Virus record (IMG/VR): IMGVR_UViG_3300026512_000002
Location: 1-64,000 of that record
Direction: 5' to 3' (one strand)
Length of the DNA: 64,000 nt
Numbering within the stretch: the first letter of the stretch is position 1; the number at the start of each line of letters is the position of its first letter. This document shows, piece by piece, positions 38,608-50,195 of the stretch. Under the pieces are notes generated by a model. That model was not told the origin of the DNA. It was given only the letters and a program-made list of their open reading frames with translations, and made no database searches. The position numbers and the translations under genes are program-made.

Positions 38608-40161
38608 TTATATAAAACTCTTTATTGTTGAAACTCTAAACATCCTATGTCGTCTTCTTTCAGTAACTATGCCACTATAGCTTAATTCACCTACTTTACC
38701 TGTACTTTTATCACGTAATCTGAATCTTACAGTATGTGGTTTTCTTTCAGGAGACCACTTAGTTGCCATATTATCGTTACAAGTACAAAGCCATTTGTTT
38801 GAAGTTATTCTTAGCCTAGAAGTAGCTGTATCCATATCAGTATTACTATCGAAATCACTAGATGTTAATCTTTTAATATATACATAGTTTTGCATATCAC
38901 TATTACTATATACAATTTCTAAATCATATTTAGACCAATCGAATAAATTTGTTACAATTGTATCAATACCCATAGGTCTGACTACAATAGCTTTTTTTTT
39001 ATTATCAGATTCATCTTCAACACCAATTATTGCTAGAACACTAGCACCGTTATTCATGTCTTCATTTATACTTTTTCTATCATTAATCAGATCATCTAAA
39101 ACATAATATGATGATGGTGTGTTAAAAACTAGATATTGTGGTAGGGTAGATTTAATGTATCTACCAGCACCACCTCCCCAACCATCATTAGCTGAAACAT
39201 ATGCTTTATCAGTATCGTTATATGCATACCTACTGTTCCCAGTACCATATGGGAAATATATTGAATATGAGTCAAATATTTTATCAAATCCAAAATAACC
39301 ATATTTATTTTTTTTAGCATTACCAACCCAAATAGTACCAAGTAAATTTGAACCATCTGTACTTGCAACAGGTGTTGCTGGACCATGTACATTATTATAC
39401 ATGTCGGCACAAGCATCCAACATTTGATCATTAGCATGAATAGCTGAACCTGTACCAGCTACAGTGTATCTAAGTTTACCTTTGAGAGCATAGAAACTTC
39501 TGTTAAACCCATTCATTTTTGTGATATGTGGAATACTATTATCTATTTCATCATATGGTAACAAGATCATATTATGTGCAGATACTCCGCCTGGTGTATT
39601 ATCATTCAACCATGTTATAATATCGTTTAATGTTGTGAATTTTAAACCATCGTATTCGTCATCTGTGGTCGTGTTTAAAATTTTACATTTAACACTAGGT
39701 CCCCAAATAGCATCCCATTGATCTAATAATAATGGTGCAAATTTTTGATTACGGGATCTAAGTTCTGATGTTGATGTCGGATAAGCTTGTCCAGACATAG
39801 CTAAAATAACTTCATCAAGATATATTCTTTTATCAGTTTTTTTATTCAAATCAACTAATGTTGAGTTAGTTAATCTCATTTCAATGATATCTCCTATTGT
39901 TGCGGAAATAGCACTTGTACCATCAACACCTCGTTCAACAGTTAAGGTATCTCCACTCACTGCTGTTACTTTCATGATTTCAAGAACTTCTGGATATATT
40001 CCTAATGAATTTTTTTCTACAACTGTGATATAAAACCAGTCTGATGGACCTAATACTGGGAAATCTGATCCTGTACCAGTATCAACACTTATACTTGTAT
40101 CTGTTGTATTAATATCTGCTGCTAATTTAGTTCTTATGTTGTTTTTTAATAATACACTCAT
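38608..40161 (-). CDS. Tail protein
   Basis: N-terminal NN..TKLAADI...FP...EIMKVTAVSGDTLTVERG.DGT phage tail module. Confidence 0.75.
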   Translation of the reverse strand: MSVLLKNNIRTKLAADINTTDTSISVDTGTGSDFPVLGPSDWFYITVVEKNSLGIYPEVLEIMKVTAVSGDTLTVERGVDGTSAISATIGDIIEMRLTNSTLVDLNKKTDKRIYLDEVILAMSGQAYPTSTSELRSRNQKFAPLLLDQWDAIWGPSVKCKILNTTTDDEYDGLKFTTLNDIITWLNDNTPGGVSAHNMILLPYDEIDNSIPHITKMNGFNRSFYALKGKLRYTVAGTGSAIHANDQMLDACADMYNNVHGPATPVASTDGSNLLGTIWVGNAKKNKYGYFGFDKIFDSYSIYFPYGTGNSRYAYNDTDKAYVSANDGWGGGAGRYIKSTLPQYLVFNTPSSYYVLDDLINDRKSINEDMNNGASVLAIIGVEDESDNKKKAIVVRPMGIDTIVTNLFDWSKYDLEIVYSNSDMQNYVYIKRLTSSDFDSNTDMDTATSRLRITSNKWLCTCNDNMATKWSPERKPHTVRFRLRDKSTGKVGELSYSGIVTERRRHRMFRVSTIKSFI

Positions 40162-40179
40162 ATTTTTTCACCTCATTTA

Positions 40180-40554
40180 TTAGTATTTATATTTTACTAT
40201 TATTTTATCATTAATTGTTAATGTAAATGTTGCATCAAACGTGATTCTCGTCCCACTTATACTATAATCGTTTCCAGTACCATCATCTAATATTATACCG
40301 TTGTATATGACATTTAAATGTTCATTAGTTTTTGGAGTTTGTGATAAATCAATATATGTGTTAGTTATTATTGTACTGTTTACAATATATTTATCTGTTA
40401 CAACTATACCATTGGTTGATGCCGTGTTAACATATAATCCACTACTATCAGATTCGATACCACCATTTGGTTTTAGCAATAATGCTAAAACCTTTTTACT
40501 GGTTTCATTAAAATGTTGAGTATTTTTTGCAATAAATCCTGAAAAGATTTTCAT
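40180..40554 (-). CDS. Small tail-fibre-associated protein
   Basis: VIYNG...GNDYSISG domain shared with the C-terminus of 25847..27625; late promoter at 40584. Confidence 0.7.
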   Translation of the reverse strand: MKIFSGFIAKNTQHFNETSKKVLALLLKPNGGIESDSSGLYVNTASTNGIVVTDKYIVNSTIITNTYIDLSQTPKTNEHLNVIYNGIILDDGTGNDYSISGTRITFDATFTLTINDKIIVKYKY

Positions 40555-40671
40555 ATAGTCACCTGTAATGTAAGTTATATAATTAATAATTTGTTATTTA
40601 ACATATTGTTGATTCATATATGTAATGTTACAAGCAATAAACATATTATTAAATAAAGCGGGGTCGTATAT

Positions 40672-43149
40672 ATGAAAAAATACAAATGTCCTTTTGATGG
40701 TCGCAAATACGTTACTAAAGAAAGTTTATATGAACATTTGGAATATAAACATAAAAAAGAATTGAATGGTTTATATCCAGCCCAATTAATGTTTAATATT
40801 AGAAATCATAAAACTGGTGGTAAATGTATAGTATGTGGTGCTCCAACTAAATGGAATCCAGTAACAGAAAAATATAGTCGTTTGTGTGGTAAAGAATCAT
40901 GTCGTAAAGAATTAGCTAATATTGCTAAAAAAAATATGATTAAAAAATATAATAAACCTCATTTGTTAGGAGATCCTGAACAACAGAAAAAAATGCTTAA
41001 AAATCGAAAAATATCCGGAACATATCAATGGAAAAATGGGTATAAGCACGATTATGTTGGTAATTATGAAAAAGATTTTTTATTATTCACAGAATTTGTA
41101 TTGAATTGGACAAATCCTGAAGATATAGTTATGCCGGCACCAATTAGTTTCAAATATTATTTGAATGGTGAAGAACATTTTTATATACCTGATGTATACA
41201 TTACAAGTGTTGATCTATATGTTGAAATAAAAGGTTCGAATAATCATTATCAAAAACGTGATCACGAAATGGAAGTAGCTAAAGATGAGATGATGATCAA
41301 TAATAAAGATATTAATTACATTAAAATATTGGATAAATCATATGCTGGCTTTGTCGAATATTTACATAAGCGTATTAATGGTACATCAAAATATGTGTTA
41401 AAAGAAGAGTTGTATAGATATAATGTTAACTTAAGTGTTTTAAATGATAGTGAGGTACACGATATTGGCGATACTGATGATGTTGTAAATGAATGGCCAC
41501 TGTATTTTGAAGAATCAAATCACGAGTATTTTTTAGGACAGATGTTAGCATTTGGTTATACTGATAATGCCCCAACATTTGCATATAGGACTTTGTATGG
41601 AAAAAATCCAACTGAACGATTAAATGGTATGACTAATGCTCCTAAAAAAAAATGGAATAATTTAAAGGTAGATGCTTGTTTGAAAGATAAATGGTTGGAT
41701 AGAATAAATAATTTGCCAGTAGAAATACGAAGTACAGATTGTGGTAAAAGTTCCGAACGACCAGCATTCGTAATATTTAGGATGAAATCTGGTGAAGATA
41801 TATTAGCTACTAAGTTAAGTGATGAATTAAATAAATTAAAAAATATTAGTAGTTTAGCTGAAAAAGGTCGTGCTGGCAAATATAGGGTTAGTGTTGTCGG
41901 TAATACATGGGAAGGTCAATCTGATTGGAAAAAATGGTGGGATAACGTACATATAGCAATATTGAATAGTTATAATAAAGTGGTTAAACGTGAGGGGTTA
42001 TCAGAAAATCAATACGACTATTATGATAACAGTAGTGGTGAAAACATGCTTTTAACGGAAGATAAACATAATCCCTATAAGAAAAATGTTGCCAATAATA
42101 GTTTATATTACCATGCTAGTCCTTATCAAAATATAGATAAGTTAAAAATAAATAAGAGTAAGGTCAAACATACTAAAGATGGTAAACCTAAAATATATGC
42201 TAGTGATGATATGTCATATGCTGCTGGGTTTTGCTTTAAATGGGATGGCGATATTAAATATTATAGTAAAAAAAACGGAACATGGGTGTTAGAAATACCT
42301 AAATCTGCCAAGGTTACACTTAATGAGCCAGCTAGTATGTATTTAGTTGAACCTGATAGTTTTAGAAAAGCATCAACTCCAACACCTGAAGTTATATCAT
42401 TTAAAGATGTGAATATTGTTCGTGAAATAAAATTTAAAACTGCTAGAGATTGTTTGAAAAATTATGGTGTTGATGTTATCTTTGTAGATAATAAGAATGT
42501 GAAGAAGGGTAATATTGATGCGTTATTGGAGGTGTTAAAACATAATGCTAGGACCAAAGATAATGGTTTAGGTAAAATATACTTAGCAACTCATAATGAG
42601 TTTAAAATAAACGATTTTCAGAAATATAATGATGGAGCATTTTTTGTGTTAAAAGATATACCAGATATCGATGAAGTTGATTCTAAAAACGTGATCGATA
42701 TAGCTAAATATAAAGCATTGGATATGTATAAAATAGTGAAAGATCAAATACCTCCAAAAGCATCAATTGCAATTGAAGACACTTCATTAGATGTTAACGG
42801 TGAAGATGTTGGTGGTAATATTAGGTGGCTAATAAATGAGTTGGATAAATTTGTGGGTAAAAAAGCTACCGTAACTATATGTGTTGGCGTATGCGATGGT
42901 AAATATGTTAAGGTATATAAAGCTGATTTAAAAGGAAAAATGATCTCGCCAACAGTTAATGGTTATGGTTTTGACCCATATGTTGAAATAGATGGAATAC
43001 CTCTATCATATATAGCTAAAAACAAAAGATTGTCTGATAAATATTCATTGCGTAAGAGAATTGTTGCTAAAATGAAAAAAGATGATTATGTAGAAATCTT
43101 CGATGTTGACAATATTAAACCTTGGACAGGTAAATATCAACAACATTAG
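40672..43149 (+). CDS. Multidomain effector: Zn fingers + TnsA-like PD-(D/E)xK nuclease, unknown domain, ADP-ribosyltransferase-like domain, Ham1/ITPase domain
   Basis: YIPDVYI...VEIKG; YYHAS...IYAS...EVIS (H-Y-E ART pattern); IYLATHNEFK...IEDTSL...GYGFDP (Ham1). Confidence 0.8.
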   Translation: MKKYKCPFDGRKYVTKESLYEHLEYKHKKELNGLYPAQLMFNIRNHKTGGKCIVCGAPTKWNPVTEKYSRLCGKESCRKELANIAKKNMIKKYNKPHLLGDPEQQKKMLKNRKISGTYQWKNGYKHDYVGNYEKDFLLFTEFVLNWTNPEDIVMPAPISFKYYLNGEEHFYIPDVYITSVDLYVEIKGSNNHYQKRDHEMEVAKDEMMINNKDINYIKILDKSYAGFVEYLHKRINGTSKYVLKEELYRYNVNLSVLNDSEVHDIGDTDDVVNEWPLYFEESNHEYFLGQMLAFGYTDNAPTFAYRTLYGKNPTERLNGMTNAPKKKWNNLKVDACLKDKWLDRINNLPVEIRSTDCGKSSERPAFVIFRMKSGEDILATKLSDELNKLKNISSLAEKGRAGKYRVSVVGNTWEGQSDWKKWWDNVHIAILNSYNKVVKREGLSENQYDYYDNSSGENMLLTEDKHNPYKKNVANNSLYYHASPYQNIDKLKINKSKVKHTKDGKPKIYASDDMSYAAGFCFKWDGDIKYYSKKNGTWVLEIPKSAKVTLNEPASMYLVEPDSFRKASTPTPEVISFKDVNIVREIKFKTARDCLKNYGVDVIFVDNKNVKKGNIDALLEVLKHNARTKDNGLGKIYLATHNEFKINDFQKYNDGAFFVLKDIPDIDEVDSKNVIDIAKYKALDMYKIVKDQIPPKASIAIEDTSLDVNGEDVGGNIRWLINELDKFVGKKATVTICVGVCDGKYVKVYKADLKGKMISPTVNGYGFDPYVEIDGIPLSYIAKNKRLSDKYSLRKRIVAKMKKDDYVEIFDVDNIKPWTGKYQQH

Positions 43150-43360
43150 TATAATGTTAATAATAGGATATTGTGGATATGTTTGAAATAATAAATGTTA
43201 TAATAAAAAAACCTGTTTCAGGTAACACTTTGTCAGAGGCACTACAAAACGGTGTTGACAATATAAAGGAAAAGTAAATAACCTCGTTCTTCGTAATCTA
43301 AATACCATATCGAGTATATATTATATTTAGGTATGCTAGTATTATTTATAGGAGAAGAAT

Positions 43361-43981
43361 ATGGGCAAGAAAAAAAACAGTACGAAAAAAACAATTGAAG
43401 AAATTTTCGCAGAACTTAAAGAACTCAGTTTCAATGAAAAAATTAAAATAACTATTACCGAAATGGGACAAGAAAAACCTTTAAAAGAATTAATATCTTT
43501 GCTACCGAATATATTCGGTAGCAAAATAGTTAAAGGTGGTTTATTCACTATAAAAAATAGAGTGAACAAATTAAAAATAAATACATTGGTACCAATATTA
43601 AGTGAACAGTTAAATCCTGGTGGTACAATTTTTGTATATTATTTAAAATCTACAAATAAACTTATGTTATTTGCTAATGGCCTAGATGCAGAACTATCTA
43701 AAGATAATGCAATATATAAATATTATGATATTACGAGCGATTTAAATATACCCGAATATATTATATTTATGGGTTTATTCGGAGACACTTTTAATGAAAA
43801 CGAAATATTGAGTTTACAACACAAATATAGCAATTATTTAAATTTGACTAAATCAGGTAATTCTCATATGCTTAAAATGACACCAGTAAAATATAAAGAA
43901 TTTATTACCGAGTTAGGTAGAAGTTTAAGTAGTCCAAAATATATAAAAATAATAGTAAGAGAAAAGAACGCTTTTGAATAA
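43361..43981 (+). CDS. Hypothetical early protein
   Basis: SD AGGAG; TATATTAT-N6-G upstream. Confidence 0.75.
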   Translation: MGKKKNSTKKTIEEIFAELKELSFNEKIKITITEMGQEKPLKELISLLPNIFGSKIVKGGLFTIKNRVNKLKINTLVPILSEQLNPGGTIFVYYLKSTNKLMLFANGLDAELSKDNAIYKYYDITSDLNIPEYIIFMGLFGDTFNENEILSLQHKYSNYLNLTKSGNSHMLKMTPVKYKEFITELGRSLSSPKYIKIIVREKNAFE

Positions 43982-44056
43982 CAGACATGTTTTATAAATA
44001 AATAGTAGCATATGTATATGGGTATTGATAGTATGTCAATACCCATTTTTTTTTCT

Positions 44057-47000
44057 TTATACATAATATGTTATGTTCACATCAATGGTATCAAATATTT
44101 CACCATCTAAACGCAAACCATTCCATGTTACTCTAGTATTATCACCACTATCTATTTCGTAATCAACACCATTGATTTGACTAGGAGCGCCTTCCACTTC
44201 AAATGATTTTATTTTTTTAATAGGTTCTCCGACACCAATATACTTGTTAGCGATGTCTGTAGACGTTAAAGTTGTAGAGTATACTTTTTCTACAATACTA
44301 TGTAGTCGACCAGTATCAGTATCCACTATAACTTTAGCATTATTGTTTGGTAAACTATTTGTTGTTTTAAGAGCATTTATAATCATACCGTTTGTATCTA
44401 TAATAGCTTCGGTGATTATTGATCCATATGAATCACCCACAATAAAAGTTAACTGTTTAGTATTATCAACAGTACCTATTAAAATATTTTGATCGGTCAA
44501 TAATGCACCGTTTCCAGCTAATTCAGATATATAGAAATTATCACTATATATTCCAAAATATACATTGTCCTTATAAGCTATTGTTGATTTGTGTAATTCT
44601 ATAACACTGCCAGCACTATTACCAGTATTAGTATTTTGCATTGTTAACCAAGTATATCCATTATGGTTATTTATGATTTCAATACCTTCAACACTGTTAT
44701 TTATCGGAGTCAACCTATCTCCATTGGTAAACTGCCATTGGATATTAGCCATTGAATATGTTTGAACAACATTTAAATCATCTACATTGACAACATCGTT
44801 TACATTATTATTGCTAATCATCCAACTTGTATTAGTATTAGACGACCCTTCCAGTACTTCAAAAGTGACACCAGCAGATTTATAACCAACAGGCATATCA
44901 GCTGTTCTTACCCAGTTACCAGAATCGTTTACAGTGTAAAAACCATCTTCACTTGTAGTTGTTTGAGCAAAAACACCAACTCTATCTCCATCTGTAGTCG
45001 TCACACCATCTATAGTTCGATTCCCATTTAATGTAACATTATTTGTTATATCAATTAATCTGATTGGTTTTTTAGTTAATTGATTTAAATCAGAATATGC
45101 TCTTGTGATTAATTCCTTATGTGCATCACTCATAGGAGTATTTGAACTATCAATACTTTTATTATCATCATCTATTATATGGTCAATCTCTTTTATTTTA
45201 ATAATATCTTTAACAGGATATTTATTTAATTTTACAAGCTCAAACCATGGGCTGTCAGCAATAGGGAGAGTGTTACTCTGGACAAGAATACGAAAACCAG
45301 CAAATTGATATCCACGACCTTTTGGGAACAAATATCTATATAAATAACTTCCATCGGGCAACAATGTAGTTTCTTCAGGTCCCATATATGCGCCGTTATG
45401 ACCATATACACATAGACATGTTTGTGTTATACTAGGATCCATGTTTGTTATCAAGTAACCATTCCAGTTCGTAGGATTGTCATTATAATCTGTGCCACGT
45501 AAAACATCTTTGTTATATGTTTCACAGTAACCACTACCATCATCAGCAAGATTTAAAGATATACGACCATTGACAAGTGTTGCAGGCGAAGTACTTGTAT
45601 CAAATGTAAAACCAGTAGTTGCTATATCATGTTTCCATGCGTCATTGACTAATAAGTTATAATCATTTTCAGTAGATCTATAGATCATGCTATTTGAAAT
45701 GGCTTCGATTGTCACATTGTCTACATTATTTTTTGTTACATCTACATATTGTCTAGTAACGAGTTCTTTATATGATACTTCATCATTTGCATTAGTAATG
45801 AAACTATCTATACTGAATTTATCAGCACCAATGATTTTATCAATACTAACTATTGATATCTCGCTTCCAGTAGTAGGATACGCACCTTTTTTAATGAATT
45901 GTAGGAATGTTGCTTGGGGTGGAGCTGATTCAAGTCTCATATCTGCAAATCTAAAATCACCATATGTTACTGTAAATTTATGCAAATATCTACCTTTTTC
46001 TAAAACAGATGTTGCATAAATAGTTCTAGGGTTTGAATATGCTACTGATTCCATTATTTTTAAATTATATGGAACTAAATCATAATTACTATATAGGTAG
46101 TATGTTCCGTTTCCTAATATAGGGGTATTGTTATTCGTAGGAGGAGGAGAAACAGGATCAGTATGAATGGAAAAATATGTGGTTTGATTTCTAGGAGCGA
46201 ATAAAACACCATTACTTGCACTTGTTCCCGTGTTCAACCCAACATAATTGGAAAATGTTGTATCAATGTACCATGTCTCTAACAGGATGTTTTTTATATA
46301 ATCATTGGTAGACACATCTGCTTTAGCATCAACATATTCTATTGTATCATAGTCTACTTTAGTAGGATCTAATTGTACTACAGTTTCTTGAATTATAGTC
46401 CAACCACCTATATTAGAATACCTGATTCTTAATATACCGTAGTTAGTATCAATTATAGTGCTTATATCACCATTTAATGTGTTAACCACACCACTACCAG
46501 GTGAAGTAGAGACAGTAACAGTAATATTATTTATTGCAGCATTTCCTTTAATGTCTATAAATGTGTATTCTAGAGCATCATATGGTTCTGGTGGTAGTTC
46601 CAATGATATAACATTAGAAGAAGTGTCACATTCCACATTTAGGTTTAGAGGAGGTACTATAAAACCACTGTTATGACTTATTGTATTATTATTAATCACC
46701 ATTCCTGAAAAGGCATCTTCTACCATCGTACCTTTTATATCACTATTTGTCACAACAGGAAAGTATACTTCATTACCAGTACCTTGTGATCCTTCCATGT
46801 GCCCAGACCATTCCACATTCTCAATCGTTATATCTTTAAAATATACATATCTTGTCATATCACTAGATTTGGTATAAAATGATGAATTTATTATTTGAAC
46901 ATTGTCAAACATGATATCGGATACTGACCCTACACCATTCATCTTAAAGCCTTGTAACAATGAACCGTTCTGGATAATACAGTCGTTTAATTGTAAATGA

Positions 47001-48640
47001 GAACCACTAATATTAGCGTTATCGTACATTGCAAATACACTAAAATATCCATTAGTATTCGTAATACGTGTAGAATCATTCATATGAAGATGCCAAATAT
47101 TGGAAACATTGACATTGCTTAATATATTTATTAAAGATCTATCGATTCTTCCTATTTCGCATCCAGTTATACCATTTTTTTGAATAATTGATGTCATCTC
47201 CTTTATATGACTATCTACCAACTGAGAACCTGGTAAAAATATAGAACCTACAACATAATCGATTTTTGTATTTCTAGCATATGTGTTTAGGAAATACACG
47301 CCATCAGCATTATATATTTCAAAATTATTCATGTTTACATTTTCAAATATAATAAATCGACTATTTTTTATCTTTATATTTTTCAAGTCACAACTTCCAC
47401 TCAACATCGTTTTAACAATGTAGTCATTAGTTCTAACATCATGTAAAATTTCTCGATGGGGGTTGCTTGAAGGATAATCTATTCTAGGACTAGACATCGT
47501 AATGCTGTATTTAGTTGGAGAACAGTACCATAAATTATCACTATTATAAAAATCTATTCGAGCGTTATATAAACCGAAAGAATAATTTCTAAAATCAAAA
47601 TCAACATCAATATTATTTCGTAAATCATGTCTTTGTAATATACATCCTTTTCTAAACTCCGGAGAAGCAAACATACCACCTAATTGAACAAAATATCTGT
47701 CAGTGGATAATTTAAAAGTATATCCGTTTAGTAGTGTCAGTATGTTTGTTGTCTGATCCCAAGTAGCATCTACGCCTATTTGTAAATAAGCATATGAACC
47801 ATCATCTCCAACGGTTACATATTGATCGCTCTCTAAAACAGTGTCCTCTCCTAAATATAATTCAGTATCGCTAAGAAAATTTATTGTAAAGTAAGGGGTG
47901 TTGTTAAAATCCCATACATAACCATTACTGAAACCATAGTCGCTATCATATATTGAATTATCACTTCGATACACGTCAACATAGAACCAACCTTCTTTTG
48001 TCATACTTGGTGTATATATGACCAAATCATCAGGATGATCCAAATCAGTTACAGATGCTTCTAACATATTATTACTAATTGCTTGTGCTAATAAGGTGAT
48101 ATCATTAGATTGATGTGTTATACCACTATTTTTTAAAATTTCATTATTTGTTTGAATATCAGATATCTTATAAAGGTTTCCTGGTATCAATGATTGGTTT
48201 CTTATCAATAATCTTAATTCATCATATGTAACATTAATTATAGTTTGACTGGCTGTTATATTGCTCCACTGGCTACCATTGAAAGTATATATTTGGTTTT
48301 CTGCTTTAACATATACTCCCCATCCTTGTTCAGGTGTAGTGAACTCCCATACGTTATCTACTGGGTTCCATGTTCCGATCTCTTGTTCATGACCAGTCCA
48401 ACTTCCAACTGCTCCTGTTGGAATAATATACCTGCCCCAATTCACTAATGTTAGTGTGGCCGGATCTGTTGTATTAACTGTTTCAGCTGGTATTTCCCAA
48501 GTATGCGTGATAGTACGTTTTCTACCATCAGAATATATTACTTGTAAACTATTATCTAAACCTGTTTTAAGTCTTACATAATTCGATTCGGGAGATATAT
48601 TGTTTTTACTAGTTTTAATATCTATAATACTATTTTTCAT
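44057..48640 (-). CDS. Large mosaic tail fibre (DUF2793-like N-terminal module, beta-helix, fibre modules)
   Basis: RYIIPTGAVGSWTG...W.F..P..GW; TIDGVTTTDGDRV...DGFY; late promoter at 48691. Confidence 0.8.
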   Translation of the reverse strand: MKNSIIDIKTSKNNISPESNYVRLKTGLDNSLQVIYSDGRKRTITHTWEIPAETVNTTDPATLTLVNWGRYIIPTGAVGSWTGHEQEIGTWNPVDNVWEFTTPEQGWGVYVKAENQIYTFNGSQWSNITASQTIINVTYDELRLLIRNQSLIPGNLYKISDIQTNNEILKNSGITHQSNDITLLAQAISNNMLEASVTDLDHPDDLVIYTPSMTKEGWFYVDVYRSDNSIYDSDYGFSNGYVWDFNNTPYFTINFLSDTELYLGEDTVLESDQYVTVGDDGSYAYLQIGVDATWDQTTNILTLLNGYTFKLSTDRYFVQLGGMFASPEFRKGCILQRHDLRNNIDVDFDFRNYSFGLYNARIDFYNSDNLWYCSPTKYSITMSSPRIDYPSSNPHREILHDVRTNDYIVKTMLSGSCDLKNIKIKNSRFIIFENVNMNNFEIYNADGVYFLNTYARNTKIDYVVGSIFLPGSQLVDSHIKEMTSIIQKNGITGCEIGRIDRSLINILSNVNVSNIWHLHMNDSTRITNTNGYFSVFAMYDNANISGSHLQLNDCIIQNGSLLQGFKMNGVGSVSDIMFDNVQIINSSFYTKSSDMTRYVYFKDITIENVEWSGHMEGSQGTGNEVYFPVVTNSDIKGTMVEDAFSGMVINNNTISHNSGFIVPPLNLNVECDTSSNVISLELPPEPYDALEYTFIDIKGNAAINNITVTVSTSPGSGVVNTLNGDISTIIDTNYGILRIRYSNIGGWTIIQETVVQLDPTKVDYDTIEYVDAKADVSTNDYIKNILLETWYIDTTFSNYVGLNTGTSASNGVLFAPRNQTTYFSIHTDPVSPPPTNNNTPILGNGTYYLYSNYDLVPYNLKIMESVAYSNPRTIYATSVLEKGRYLHKFTVTYGDFRFADMRLESAPPQATFLQFIKKGAYPTTGSEISIVSIDKIIGADKFSIDSFITNANDEVSYKELVTRQYVDVTKNNVDNVTIEAISNSMIYRSTENDYNLLVNDAWKHDIATTGFTFDTSTSPATLVNGRISLNLADDGSGYCETYNKDVLRGTDYNDNPTNWNGYLITNMDPSITQTCLCVYGHNGAYMGPEETTLLPDGSYLYRYLFPKGRGYQFAGFRILVQSNTLPIADSPWFELVKLNKYPVKDIIKIKEIDHIIDDDNKSIDSSNTPMSDAHKELITRAYSDLNQLTKKPIRLIDITNNVTLNGNRTIDGVTTTDGDRVGVFAQTTTSEDGFYTVNDSGNWVRTADMPVGYKSAGVTFEVLEGSSNTNTSWMISNNNVNDVVNVDDLNVVQTYSMANIQWQFTNGDRLTPINNSVEGIEIINNHNGYTWLTMQNTNTGNSAGSVIELHKSTIAYKDNVYFGIYSDNFYISELAGNGALLTDQNILIGTVDNTKQLTFIVGDSYGSIITEAIIDTNGMIINALKTTNSLPNNNAKVIVDTDTGRLHSIVEKVYSTTLTSTDIANKYIGVGEPIKKIKSFEVEGAPSQINGVDYEIDSGDNTRVTWNGLRLDGEIFDTIDVNITYYV

Positions 48641-48778
48641 GGGTAGTTCCTTTAAATATGTGAAATAAAATTAATTAATGAAACATTATTTAATGTTATG
48701 TTAAATGGTTTATTTTTTTTAACACAATTTTATCAATTGACATGAGATAATGGTTGTGGTAACATTATCCATTCATTT

Positions 48779-49570
48779 ATGGGGTTTACTATGGATAACG
48801 AGATATTGCAGTTACAGAAAAATATTAATACTATAAATTTTACAACAACTTTAGTCGAAGACGGTATTGATGGGTACAATACCCAAGAAGCATTAGAAGC
48901 ATATTATACATATTTTAAAAAATTAGATATAGCTGCATTAAGTCGAGTTGTTAAAGATAATCGTAACAGAATAAAATATATAACTCAACGAGGACCATAC
49001 AAATATTCATATAGAATGTGTTCAATTGCTAGTACCTTAATGTTACTCAACTTATATTCTGATGTGGATATGAGTATACCTATATTAGATAACTTAATAG
49101 ACAATGATAATGAATTGATAAAATGGGCTGCAAAATATGGTTTAGAGCATTTTATTAAATCACATAAATTAGAACAGGTTTCAACAGTAATAGCCAAAGT
49201 GTTGACAAAATTAACTCCTAGTGAATATAGTTTCTCACTTAAATATTTATCACGTTCAGAGATTTCAAAATACTTGGAAAATGGTCACCCACTGATAACA
49301 TCTACCAGATTTCCAGGTCGTAAAACAAATAATATGAAATCAGGACACTATATTGTAATAACAGCTGAATTGTTATCTGGGGTATACACTATACAAGATC
49401 CATGGGGTATGTGGGAAAATTATTATAAACATACTGCTGATGTTAATATTAAAGGTAAAGATGTGACTATTTCTGGTGACATATTATTTGGTAAATGGGG
49501 TTCTAAAACGGAATATTCTGATAATGGTGGTTGTTTGAATAAATTTAGAACGATTGGAATTGATTTATAA
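48779..49570 (+). CDS. Peptidase C39-like (papain-fold) protein, endolysin candidate
   Basis: TQ...CSIASTLM (Cys), GHYIVI (His), IQDPWG (Asp); late promoter at 48721. Confidence 0.8.
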   Translation: MGFTMDNEILQLQKNINTINFTTTLVEDGIDGYNTQEALEAYYTYFKKLDIAALSRVVKDNRNRIKYITQRGPYKYSYRMCSIASTLMLLNLYSDVDMSIPILDNLIDNDNELIKWAAKYGLEHFIKSHKLEQVSTVIAKVLTKLTPSEYSFSLKYLSRSEISKYLENGHPLITSTRFPGRKTNNMKSGHYIVITAELLSGVYTIQDPWGMWENYYKHTADVNIKGKDVTISGDILFGKWGSKTEYSDNGGCLNKFRTIGIDL

Positions 49571-49594
49571 TGTTTATTATTTTAAGGAGTATAT

Positions 49595-50095
49595 ATGAAA
49601 GATGAAAGACGTTGTTTTACTAATAAAGAACTTGGAACCATTAAAGCTTTTATGGAAAAATATGAACTATCATGGACCAATTTTGGGGATATTTTAGGTA
49701 TATCACCACAAGTTATTAGTAGGTATGTTAAACTTAAACAACACATCCCAGCCAGTGTTGTAGAACGAATATTTAATAGTATCGAAATATACGACATAAC
49801 TATGTCATATTCTGAACAGGATAATAGTGTGGTTGCCAATAAACAAAGTTATATTATTAGTAATAATATTGCCAAGGAAATTGATGGTTATTTTAAGAAC
49901 CAACTTTATAAAAAAAAGAAAAATCCCTACCAAGATATTGATAACGATTATCCAATCAATAGTGGTTATGATGATATTGACATAATCCTTAAAGATATGT
50001 TTTGTTTAAAAAAGAAAATGTCACATATGATAAAAGAATGTGGTGATAAATATGATAAATTGATAGATTTGTATGAAGGTATATTTGAAAGTTGA
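49595..50095 (+). CDS. XRE-type HTH protein
   Basis: LSWTNFGDILGISPQVISRY...P helix-turn-helix. Confidence 0.7.
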   Translation: MKDERRCFTNKELGTIKAFMEKYELSWTNFGDILGISPQVISRYVKLKQHIPASVVERIFNSIEIYDITMSYSEQDNSVVANKQSYIISNNIAKEIDGYFKNQLYKKKKNPYQDIDNDYPINSGYDDIDIILKDMFCLKKKMSHMIKECGDKYDKLIDLYEGIFES

Positions 50096-50195
50096 TCTGA
50101 TGATTAAAATCAGTATACTTTATTATAACTATATTTATATTCTGTTTCATAAATTAAAATATAATTTAAATACATATTATGTTGGTAACAATCAT

